From Macrostomum hystrix (lineage: Eukaryota > Animalia > Platyhelminthes): a stretch of DNA of 64,000 nucleotides. The translations under genes were made by a program, and so were the position numbers. The notes under the pieces are model-generated. The model saw only the letters and a program-made list of their open reading frames with translations, made no database searches and was not told where the DNA came from. Location of the stretch: assembly GCA_950097015.1 (NCBI GenBank), contig CATNEN010000025.1:6882001-6946000 (forward strand), written 5' to 3'. This document shows positions 25,134 through 37,391 of this stretch, in pieces (positions within the stretch are counted from its first letter, which is position 1; each line of letters starts with the position of its first letter).

Positions 25134-27898
25134 CTGAATGAATTGGTATGAAATTTAAATGCATATTTTAGATCTTGTTAATCACGCTAGCGAATGCAGT
25201 AAAGCTAAAAATGAAGTTTCTTCTTACTTTGTAAAGTCACAATTTGTAAATTTATCTGCTGTAGCAATTTCATGAAAGTAATTTTCTTGATTATAAGAAA
25301 CATTATTTCAAGCCTTCTTTTTAAGTACGACTAGACATTTTGTTCACCCATTGTTCTACTATGGGTGTTAAATCATCACTTTGTATGCATGTATGCATAT
25401 GTAATATGCATGCTTTTATTTGCTGCCAAGAAAACGAAATCTTCTGAATTGTCTAAATGTGAAGTAAAGATAATGCTAAGGGCAGTAAAGCCTATGTATA
25501 TGACTAGATAGCAGATTTGTGACAGCCAGTGAGTCTCAGAATTTTATATGAGGACAAGATGTAATATAGATAATAACAGTATTATTAGGCCTAGGCTTTG
25601 GCTTACTCCTTAAATATTAGTCACAATAATTTACATAACAATTTAAAATCTAAGACTACAAAAATGCTGATGTTGAATGCAGATAAAATGTAGTCACTTA
25701 TCGCTATATATATATTATGCATTTACAAATTTTTGGGGACAAAACAAAAAAACTGAAGAAAAAATATCAAGAGTAAATAGCAATCATAGTGAACTACAAA
25801 TACATTAAAAGCCATTTAATATATCAAACAACGTGGATAACATGAAACATAGTTAAATTTTGAAGAACCTATTAAATAGCATTTAATATTTACTATTCAA
25901 ATTCTAGAGAATTACAACTAAAGCACCTAAAGCGTTACAATAATACAAAATAGCTAACCGTAGTCTCGTAGAGAATAAAAACCTTAAATAAATTTTAATG
26001 CACGTGAGAGTCCGATAAAATGAGGTTACATTTTTTAGGTCAAAAAGTGAAAAAAAACTACTTGTGATACACGAAAATTGAAACTTGATACCTTTACATA
26101 GCCATTTTAAACTAGCTTGTTTCTTTAAAAAAGAACCATATGTAAACGAATATTTTTATTTACAGAAGACTCCAATTTTTGTTTGTTAAGCTCATGTTGA
26201 ATTTGTTTCTTGTACGTATTTAAATGCTTATTTTCCGTAGAAATCCTAATAGTGTGAAATTCAATTCCGACTTCAATGCATTCCGCAAGACAATAGCACA
26301 CGATAGCAATTTTTTAGCTTAACCTATTTCCTGCCATCATGCCCTTAGAGCTTGAGAGTTTTTAAATCAACGGAATGGCTTTTTCGTTCATTGCAAACTA
26401 TTTTCGCACGATTGCCAGTTGTAGTGGTATAGTGAGACAGTAGTAGAATCTAGACCTGCTGTTACCAGCAAACAGGCATATTCAATTAAGAGCGAAAAAT
26501 ATATAACTGCAAGATAGCACAATTGGGGTATATGATTCTCAATTAGACTGAGCTTTAAAAATTAGGATTAGGCCTATTATTATTAAAATAATAATGTTGT
26601 ATATTCTTTATGGTATAAGTATTTAAAAAGAAATTTTTTATATAATCAGCTTATTTATTTGCTATTTTTTAACGTTTTTGTATGCTTGCTTATTGGTTTT
26701 CATTGTTTTCTACTTTTCTTAATTTATTGGTCCAACCAATTGTAGCTTGGTTGGAGGTTAAACCTGGGGGTTGGGGGCTTGTGCATTGGTGTGGGTGTGC
26801 ATGTACGTTGCCTGGTCGTGGGGCCCCCCCACCTTGGGGTTGGCCTTACCCAGCCCTATTTAGTGTGGCATGCTGTGCACCGCCACCGGCGTGTCTCTCC
26901 AAGAGGCTTATTGATTTTTTTTGCGTCTAGCAATGTCTAGCAATCTAGCAATTGCCAATTGCTAGTGTAGCTACTAGCAATGAGTTTTGAAGGACAGTGG
27001 GAATTTTTGCAAAAATGTTGGCTTGAAACTTGAAACTTGATAATAGAGTATTTTTAGTGGCTCGCAAAAATGCCACAAACTAAGCTTTCTGCTTCAAATT
27101 TGTCATCACATTGTTAAGTTTCATATTAATAAACTTTCAAATAGTTTCAACAAGTGCTAATTTATAACACTGTCACGAAGGCCTATTATAGTGTGTAGTA
27201 ATACATAACCCAGTAAAGAAAGTGAACAAAATAAAAAATAATAAAATATCAACAGTCTGCTGCAGTTCCCTGCAAGGCATTCTTTTGCTCGTATTAAATG
27301 AAGCCACGTGAGCCCAAAAAGTTTTGTCTATGGCACAGTCTGCATCAGCATTTACAAATCAGTAGATTCTGAGCATAATGGGCACAGAAGCCAGAGCATC
27401 ATAAAAAATCATCAGTAGAATCTGGTGATCTCCTAACAATTGAAAATCTTCATTAACATTTAATTAAAAATGGAAAAGTAATTTCAATATTCTGGAAGGT
27501 TTCTTGCCTAGTTGTTTAAGTCCTGTCTATAAGGTCTAGAGTTCGAATCCCAACTCACTTCAGGAATTTAAACATTTAATTGATGATTGCTTAAATCCAT
27601 TTAGTAGGTTATAAAATGAGTAGGGCCTACTAGAATTAAATATGGAGAATTTTTAAGGGTAGCCTAGCTGGGCTAGATTAAATTTATATAAAAATATTCA
27701 TAACAATTATATTAGAAAATAGTGCCAAGCATAAAATATATTTATATTTTGATTCCCACACTTCTGTGCAAATATTTTTACTAGCTAGTTCTTGCAAATT
27801 CAATATCTTTAATACCTTGAATGAAATTTCAGCAGCTATACTTTCTGCTTAGTTTTTTCATATTTTTTTATCTATCTGAGCTGCAACAAACAAACACA

Positions 27899-30800
27899 AT
27901 GATGACTAGCGAGCAGGCTGCAGTGGTGCTGGCAGTTAACGGCGACAGCCAACCAAAGCCTGGGCCAGCTACTGGGGAAGCAGTGCTGTCATTGGAACAG
28001 CAACCAGTTAGTCCCGATGGTATCACTCAGCCATGCCCACAGAGTCCACGCGACAACCGGCGACACATCCAGACTATGGGACTGCCCCCAGCCAGCAGGC
28101 AGCTCGGTGAGCTTCTGTCAAGATTTCCGAGCAGTGTTGAACTCGTTTAAGATCCTCAGTTCTTCAATCACTTCCCTTAATGATGCTTAGTTTTTCAATC
28201 ACTTCTCTTCAAGATACTGAGACTCTCAATCACTTCCCTTCAAGATCCTGAGACTCTCAATCACTTCCCTTCAAGATCCTGAGATTCTCAATCACTTCCC
28301 TTCAAGATCCTGAGACTCTCAATCACTTCCCTTCAAGATCCTAAGACTCTCAATCACTTCCCTTCAAGATCCTGAGACTCTCAATCACTTCCCTTCAAGA
28401 TCCTGAGACTCTCAATCACTTCCCTTCAAGATCCTGAGACTCTCAATCACTTGCCTTCAAGATCCTGAGATTCTCAATCACTTCCCTTCAAGATCCTGAG
28501 ACTCTCAATCACTTCCCTTCAAGATCCTGAGATTCTCAATCACTTCCCTTCAAGATCCTGAGACTCTCAATCACTTCCCTTCAAGATCCTGAGACTCTCA
28601 ATCACTTCCCTTCAAGATCCTGAGACTCTCAATCACTTCCCTTCAAGATCCTGAGATTCTCAATCACTTCCCTTCAAGATCCTGAGACTCTCAATCACTT
28701 CCCTTCAAGATCCTGAGATTCTCAATCACTTCCCTTCAAGATCCTGAGACTCTCAATCACTTCCCTTCAAGATCCTGAGATTCTCAATCACTTCCCTTCA
28801 AGATCCTGAGATTCTCAATCACTTCCCTTCAAGATCCTGAGACTCTCAATCACTTCCCTTCAAGATCCTGAGACTCTCAATCACTTCCCTTCAAGATCCT
28901 GAGACTCTCAATCACTTCCCTTCAAGATCCTGAGACTCTCAATTATTTCTTTTCAAGATCCTGAAATTTTTAATCACTTCCCTTCAAGATCCTGAGACTC
29001 TCAATCACTTCCCTTCAAGATCCCGAGACTCTCAATTATTTCTTTTCGAGATCCTGAGACTCTCAATCACTTCCCTTCAAGATCCTGAGACTCTCAATTA
29101 TTTCTTTTCGAGATCCTGAGACTCTCAATCACTTCCCTTCAAGATCCTGAGACTCTCAATTATTTCTCTTCAAGATCCTGAAATTTTTAATCACTTACCT
29201 TCAAGATCCTGAGATTCTCAATCACTTCTCTTCAAGATCTTGACATTTTCAATCACTTCCCATCAAGATCCTGACATTTTCAATCACTTCCCTTCAAGAT
29301 CCTGAGATTCTCAATCACTTCTCTTCAAGATCCTGAGATTCTCAATCATTTATCTTCAAGATCCTGAGACTCTCAATCACTTCCCTTCAAGATCCTGAGA
29401 TTCTCAATTATTTCTCTTCAAGATCCTGAGACGCTCAATTATTTCTCTTCAAGATCCTGAGATTCTCAATCACTTCCCATCAAGATCCTGAGATTCTCAA
29501 TCACTTCTCTTCAAGATCTTGACATTTTCAATCACTTCCCATCAAGATCCTGAGATTCTCAATCACTTCTCTTCAAGATCCTGAGACTCTCAATCACTTC
29601 CCTTCAAGATCCTGAGACTCTCAATCACTTCCCTTCAAGATCCTGAGACTCTCAATCACTTCCCTTCAAGATCCTGAGATTCTCAATCACTTCCCTTCAA
29701 GATCCTGAGATTCTCAATTATTTCTCTTCAAGATCCTGAGACGCTCAATTATTTCTCTTCAAGATCCTGAGACGCTCAATTATTTCTCTTCAAGATCCTG
29801 AGATTCTCAATCACTTCCCTTCAAGATCCTGAGATTCTCAATTATTTCTCTTCAAGATCCTGAGACGCTCAATTATTTCTCTTCAAGATCCTGAGATTCT
29901 CAATCACTTCCCATCAAGATCCTGACATTTTCAATCACTTCCCATCAAGATCCTGACATTTTCAATCACTTCCCATCAAGATCCTGACATTTTCAATCAC
30001 TTCCCATCAAGATCCTGACATTTTCAATCACTTCCCATCAAGATCCTGACATTTTCAATCACTTCCCATCAAGATCCTGACATTTTCAATCACTTCCCTT
30101 TAAGATCCTGACATTTTCAATCACTTCCCTTCAAGATCCTGAGATTCTCAATCACTTCCCTTCAAGATCCTGAGATTCTCAATCACTTCTCTTCAAGATC
30201 CTGAGATTCTCAATCACTTCCCTAAATGATACTCAGTTTTTCAATCCCTTCTCTTCATGATCGTCAGATTTTCAATCACTTCCCATCAAGATCCTGAGAT
30301 TCTCAATCACTTCCCTAAATGATACTCAGTTTTTCAATCCCTTCTCTTCATGATCGTCAGATTTTCAATCACTTCCCTTCAAGATCATGGGATTTTGACT
30401 CAATATGATATTCCGCAATTCCCAAACACCCAAAAACCTACCGTTCCGCAGGCACTAGCGGTAGAATCTTGGCGCCCACGGAGGAATCCAATCAAATTGT
30501 CAGCGGAAACGGCGGGCTTGTCATCAGTGGCGGCGGTGGCCTCGGTGGGTCGCTACAATCCATGCGTCAGTGGGGCTACAATGCCTACAAGTGCACACTG
30601 CAGATGGTGTCGGAGCGGCTTGGTCGGGCTAGTCGCACCGCAGACCTGGAGACCGAGGCTGCTGTGGCGGCGCTCCGGGAATCTCGTCGACGCTACGCTG
30701 CGCTATTAAATTTGGCAACTGCGCTAACTAAACAATTTCAGGTGCGAACCTAACAATGTAATATATTAATAATTGCTAAAGGGCTGCGGGCAATGGCACA

Positions 30801-32732
30801 ACATTTGGTGACACTAGACCTACAGCCAGCGAGGAGCCAATTCTGCCCATTCCGCTGACTCCTGAGCACACACACAGATACAGGTGTGTACATCTGCCCA
30901 GACTTTCTAATCGTCAGGCAGTGTACATTTCACTATGCCTTCGAGGTTGGCTCTCAAGGGCGTAAATTGCATGACAAGCCCCCAAGCCTTCTCTCCGATG
31001 AATGTGGCCTCACCGTGGAATCGAGCTCAGGGACCTTGGCGCGAGAGGCAAACGCGTTGAACGCTGTGCCACCGACCCCCTTTATGTGTGCTTCTATGTT
31101 CCTAATTATGTACGCCGTCATGTTTAAATGTAGTCATGCTAAGTTTACATTCTTAATTTGAGCTTTCTTCAAACAAAGACAATTGCGATCGATTTGTTTC
31201 ATGTTGGCTATTGATACCAGCCCATGATAACAATCGTTGCAGGCCCTGTGCGACACGCAGCGAGTCATGGCCGACGCATTCATCGATCTGGCTCGCCAGG
31301 AATCGCCAGCTTCAGAATTATCCGTCAGCTTTCAGCAAACTGGCGACAGTCAGAGGGCTCTGCAGCGAAGCGGCGAGCAGCTGCTGGTGGCTCTGCAGAC
31401 CTTCTGCACAGCCCTGTCCACCCTGGTGACGAAGAGCTTCGAGGATACGCTGCACACTGTTAGCTGCTACGAGTTTGCCAGGTGCGATTCTGAACTTGTT
31501 ATAATTATCTAATCATCTACCTCTCTGCCTATGTACCTGTTTGCCTAAAATCTGCCTACCTGCTTGTCTATATCTGTTTATCATTTCATAACACTTGTCT
31601 TTAATTAATAATCTCACCTGACTGTCAGCCTGCCTGGTTACCAACCAAGCAAACAACCAGCCTACCTACCTACCTACCTACCTACCTACCTACCTACTTA
31701 CATACTTACCTACCTACCTATCAACCTACCTACCTATCTACCTTTCTACCTATCAACCTACCTACGGACCTACCTAAATAACTAACTACCTGCCTACCGA
31801 TCTACCTATCTACCTATCTATCTACCTCTCTACCTCTCTACCTACCTACCTATTTACATAAATACCTGCATATCTACATACCTACCTACGTGTCTACCTA
31901 CAAACCAAGCAACCTACCTATCTACCTACTTACCGATCTACCAACCTACATACCTACCAACCAACCTACCCAACCTATCTACCAACTTGCTAATCTACCA
32001 ATCTACCAACCAATCTACTAATCTACCTAACGCCTCCTGCAGAATCGAATTCGACGCCCATCGTGGCGACCTGGACGCCCTGTCGGTGAGGCCCGCCCAG
32101 GGTCGCACAGGCGCCGAGGTAGCCAAAGCGGAGGAGCTGAAACGTCAATACGAGGCCAGGCGACAGAGGTTCGAACAGTTGCGCGAGGATGTGCGGATTA
32201 AACTGCAGTTCCTTGACGCCAATAAGGTTTGACATGTTTACTGTGCTCATACTCAAGGACCTACTAGGAGCAGAATACATCAATTCATAATATTTTCCGT
32301 TTCTCTCAATATGCCATCCCCTGTGCCCAAAGAAGCTAAGAATTTGTTAATCTTACAGAATCACAAAAATATTCAACGATTATCGTCGAGTTGTCTGGGT
32401 GGCCAATTTAGGCATAAACTTTCTGCTTAATTGCTTTAATAAAATCAACATAATTTGGAATAAAGCCTTGTAAAATTCATAAAATTTCCTCCCCAGTGTG
32501 TTTTAGGTAAACATTTTCTAAGAAACGCCGTTTTCCGTGCTCCAACTTCTAGTGGTCATTGCTCCTACAATGCTCACATCATGCGACTTGTACACTAGTC
32601 CTATTATTCTTAATCAAACAGGTTCGAGTGATGCAGAAGCAGTTGCAGCTGTTTCAATCCGCAGTGTCTGCTTACTTCTCAGGCAATCGGGAAGCATTGG
32701 AGGCTGTGATCAATCAGATCAATAAGAAATAA
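27899..32732 (+). CDS. ARFIP2: Arfaptin (AH/BAR domain), 5 exons: 27899-28106, 30452-30741, 31243-31481, 32043-32226, 32622-32732 (about 343 aa)
   Basis: Arfaptin signature segments [92 protein letters not shown]. Junction phases 1,0,2,0 are consistent. The ARFIP1 versus ARFIP2 orthology label is nominal. Confidence 0.95.
28147..30382. repeat. Intronic minisatellite, 31-bp unit TCAAGATCCTGAGACTCTCAATCACTTCCCT (arfaptin intron 1)
   Basis: Tandem units read directly; homogeneous centre, degenerate edges. Confidence 0.98.
30765..31080 (-). mobile_element. Full-length SINE family A copy in arfaptin intron 2 (antisense)
   Basis: The minus strand starts GGGGGTCGGTGGCACAGCG (A box) ..GAGCTCGATTCC (B box-like), followed by the central domain, the 3' hairpin domain and an AT tail. 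Confidence 0.88.
31660..32030. repeat. (CTAC)n-type microsatellite, degenerate, arfaptin intron 3
   Basis: CTAC/CTAT/CCAA runs. Confidence 0.95.
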
Positions 32733-33035
32733 TTATGATGGACTCAAAATTCTCTGTTCGTTATTTTGTTTTTTTTGTTTCCACGAAGACACCACGCGGT
32801 GCATGATTACTGGATTACAAAAATAATAGTTTCCGTTTGTTATATTCGAAACAAAACTATTAAGGACATTTATTATTTAATAGCCATGGCATTTTGTGCT
32901 TACTTATATAATTGTCTCTTATTAAATGCCTTTAACTTGATTCAATTACGGTTTATATGAAGACTTATGTTTATCCGGTCACAATTCACGTCTAATAAAC
33001 AAATTAGCTTCATATGTATGAAAACATTATGATTT

Positions 33036-35845
33036 CTTCTTCATTCCCGGTTCATGGATTGCCGATTCGTTCATTCCCAATTCATGAATTGCCGATTCGT
33101 TCATTCTCGATTCATGAACTGACGATTCGTTCATTCCCAATTCATGAATTGCCGATTCGTTCATTCTCGATTCATGAACTGCCGATTCGTTCATTCTCGA
33201 TTCATGAACTGACGATTCGTTCATTCCCAATTCATGAACTGACGATTCGTTCATTCCCGATTCATGAACTGACGATTCGTTCATTCCCGATTCATGAACT
33301 GACGATTCGTTCATTCCCGATTCATGAACTGACGATTCGTTCATTCCCGGTTCATGAACTGACGATTCGTTCATTCCCGATTCATGAACTGACGATTCGT
33401 TCATTCCCGATTCATGAACTGACGATTCGTTCATTCCCGATTCATGAACTGACGATTCGTTCATTCCCGGTTCATGAACTGACGATTCGTTCATTCCCGG
33501 TTCATGAACTGACGATTCGTTCATTCCCGATTCATGAACTGACGATTCGTTCATTCCCGATTCATGAACTGACGATTCGTTCATTCCCGATTCATGAACT
33601 GACGATTCGTTCATTCCCGATTCATGAACTGACGATTCGTTCATTCCCGATTCATGAACTGACGATTCGTTCATTCCCGATTCATGAACTGACGATTCGT
33701 TCATTCCCAATTCATGAACTGACGATTCGTTCATTCCCAATTCATGAACTGACGATTCGTTCATTCCCGATTCATGAACTGACGATTCGTTCATTCCCGG
33801 TTCATGAATTGCCGATTCGTTCATTCTCGATTCATGAACTGACGATTCGTTCATTCCCAATTCATGAATTGCCGATTCGTTCATTCTCGATTCATGAACT
33901 GCCGATTCGTTCATTCTCGATTCATGAACTGACGATTCGTTCATTCCCAATTCATGAACTGACGATTCGTTCATTCCCGATTCATGAACTGACGATTCGT
34001 TCATTCCCGATTCATGAACTGACGATTCGATCATTCCCGATTCATGAACTGACGATTCGTTCATTCCCAATTCATGAACTGACGATTCGTTCATTCCCGA
34101 TTCATGAACTGACGATTCGTTCATTCCCGATTCATGAACTGACGATTCGTTCATTCCCGATTCATGAACTGACGATTCGTTCATTCCCGATTCATGAACT
34201 GACGATTCGTTCATTCCCGATTCATGAACTGACGATTCGTTCATTCCCGATTCATGAACTGACGATTCGTTCATTCCCAATTCATGAACTGACGATTCGT
34301 TCATTCCCGATTCATGAACTGACGATTCGTTCATTCCCGATTCATGAACTGACGATTCGTTCATTCCCGGTTCATGAACTGACGATTCGTTCATTCCCGA
34401 TTCATGAACTGACGATTCGTTCATTCCCAATTCATGAACTGACGATTCGTTCATTCCCGGTTCATGAACTGACGATTCGTTCATTCCCGGTTCATGAACT
34501 GACGATTCGTTCATTCCCGATTCATGAACTGACGATTCGTTCATTCCCGGTTCATGAACTGACGATTCGTTCATTCCCAATTCATGAACTGACGATTCGT
34601 TCATTCCCGGTTCATGAACTGACGATTCGTTCATTCCCGGTTCATGAACTGACGATTCGTTCATTCCCGATTCATGAACTGACGATTCGTTCATTCCCGA
34701 TTCATGAACTGACGATTCGTTCATTCCCGATTCATGAACTGACGATTCGTTCATTCCCAATTCATGAACTGACGATTCGTTCATTCCCAATTCATGAACT
34801 GACGATTCGTTCATTCCCGATTCATGAATTGACGATTCGTTCATTCTCGATTCATGAACTGACGATTCGTTCATTCCCGGTTCATCAACTGACGATTCGT
34901 TCATTCCCAATTCATGAACTGACGATTCGTTCATTCCCGATTCATGAACTGACGATTCGTTCATTCCCGATTCATGAACTGACGATTCGTTCATTCCCAA
35001 TTCATGAACTGACGATTCGTTCATTCCCGATTTATGAACTGACGATTCGTTCATTCCCGATTCATGAACTGACGATTCGTTCATTCCCAATTCATGAACT
35101 GACGATTCGTTCATTCCCGATTCATGAACTGACGATTCGTTCATTCCCGATTCATGAACTGACGATTCGTTCATTCCCGATTCATGAACTGACGATTCGT
35201 TCATTCCCGATTTATGAACTGACGATTCGTTCATTCCCGATTCATGAACTGACGATTCGTTCATTCCCGGTTCATGAACTGACGATTCGTTCATTCCCGA
35301 TTCATGAACTGACGATTCGTTCATTCCCAATTCATGAACTGACGATTCGTTCATTCCCGGTTCATGAACTGACGATTCGTTCATTCCCGGTTCATGAACT
35401 GACGATTCGTTCATTCCCGATTCATGAACTGACGATTCGTTCATTCCCGGTTCATGAACTGACGATTCGTTCATTCCCAATTCATGAACTGACGATTCGT
35501 TCATTCCCGGTTCATGAACTGACGATTCGTTCATTCCCGGTTCATGAACTGACGATTCGTTCATTCCCGATTCATGAACTGACGATTCGTTCATTCCCGA
35601 TTCATGAACTGACGATTCGTTCATTCCCAATTCATGAACTGACGATTCGTTCATTCCCGATTCATGAACTGACGATTCGTTCATTCCCGATTCATGAACT
35701 GACGATTCGTTCATTCCCGATTCATGAACTGACGATTCGTTCATTCTCGATTCATGAACTGACGATTCGTTCATTCCCAATTCATGAACTGACGATTCGT
35801 TCATTCCCGATTCATGAACTGACGATTCGTTCATTCCCGATTCAT
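33036..35845. repeat. Minisatellite, 30-bp unit ATTCATGAACTGACGATTCGTTCATTCCCG (about 93 copies, no indels); yields long ORFs on both strands
   Basis: Units read directly; the 952-aa (+) and 935-aa (-) ORFs are pure 10-aa repeats. Confidence 0.98.
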
Positions 35846-36384
35846 AAACCGACGATCCTTCTGTTGCAATAGTTCTAAAGTCTTGGACTTTATCCCATGG
35901 CTCAATATTTTACCAGTTCTCAATTGAGATTTGTTCTCAATTGTGTCTTCTTAGTTATTTTTTGGTCTGATTGTTTTGTTGTGCTTTTTTACCAGTGGTC
36001 TCTCGAAGCGTTTACGCGGACGAACTATTTGGGACTAGCTATACTCAAGTCGTCGTTATCTTTTCAATCATGTACTTAAGTTGTGGGGCCATAAAATGTT
36101 TGTTCTGAATGTAGGCCACGAATTTCAATTTATATAACTGTCCGTTCTCTTACCTATGTCTTCCTGCTTGGCTTTTTTGTATTGTAATTTCATGCATGCT
36201 TTTTCTGTTGTCTGTTCTGTTTTGCTATCGGATAAAATATTATTATCCACATTTTTTGTATTTGATAGTACTTTGTTATATGTTAAAGGGATTATGGAAC
36301 TGAATTTTCCAAGAAATTCGGCGGAAATAATCTGTATGATATTATGGCGAATAGATTCTGAATATGATGTGTAGGATAGGATGA

Positions 36385-36790
36385 TGAGAAGGGATTCTGG
36401 ATGAGATGACGGAGTAGGGATTCTGGATGAGATGACGGAGAAGGAATTCTGGATGAGATGACGGAGAAGGGATTCTGGATAAGATGACGGAGAAGGGATT
36501 CTGGATGAGATGACGGAGTAGGGATTCTGGATGAGATGACGGAGTAGGGATTCTGGATGAGATGACGGAGTAGGGATTCTGGATAAGATGACGGAGAAGG
36601 GATTCTGGATGAGATGACGGAGAAGGGATTCTGGATGAGATGACGGAGAAGGGATTCTGGATGAGATGATGGAGAAGGGATTCTGGATGAGATGACGGAG
36701 AAGGGATTCTGGATGAGATGACGGAGAAGGGATTCTGGATGAGATGACGGAGAAGGGATTCTGGATGAGATGATGGAGAAGGGATTCTGA
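36385..36790. repeat. Minisatellite, 26-bp unit GGGATTCTGGATGAGATGACGGAGAA
   Basis: Tandem units read directly. Confidence 0.96.
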
Positions 36791-36799
36791 CTCAGACGT

Positions 36800-36922
36800 A
36801 TAATAATAATAATTGCAGGAGGGCTGCGGGCAGTGGCACATCATTTGGTGACACTAGACCCGCAGCTAGCGAGGAGGCAATTCTGCCCATTTCGCTGACT
36901 CCTGAGCACACACGCACACAGA
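36800..36922 (-). mobile_element. SINE family A 3' fragment with (ATT)n tail
   Basis: Near-identical to 23093-23215. Confidence 0.85.
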
Positions 36923-37391
36923 TGACTCAGATGTAGCGGAAGCTATTCTGGATGAGACGACAAAGCAGGGATTGTGGACGAAATGATGGTTGGAATTATT
37001 TTAAATTAGAAGTTCCATTGTTGTCAACTTTTTTGTCTTCCTTAATTTATAAATTTAAATAAGCAAATTATAATAATCTTTTGATTTCTTTACTAATTAC
37101 TGCATATAGTTTTGTATACCTGTTTCGCTTTTGTCCTCTCTGTCTGGTGTCGGCTGTGCCTGCTTTACTAGCCCGATTGATATTCCCGGCATGTTTACAA
37201 AAGCACAATGATTTTTCCTGCAATTTCATGCTACAGAATAGCTACCAAAAGAAATATACACATTGAATTAGCGCAAGCTGCTTTAATCTGCGCCTTTTGT
37301 TTTATTACAAATTCTGATTGCCAGTCAGTCTTTGCGTCGCTTTTATTTCGTTTTTTACAGTTAGTCAAGCTACTAATAGGCCGTCTGTTGC

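Noticed and set aside
27505-27560. tRNA gene (GTTCGAATCCC B box)
   Set aside because: No foldable cloverleaf; probably a decayed SINE head.
33014-35872. 952-aa and 935-aa ORFs as protein-coding genes
   Set aside because: Pure translations of a 30-bp tandem repeat with no unique domain, signal peptide or splice context. Kept only as a low-prior finding.
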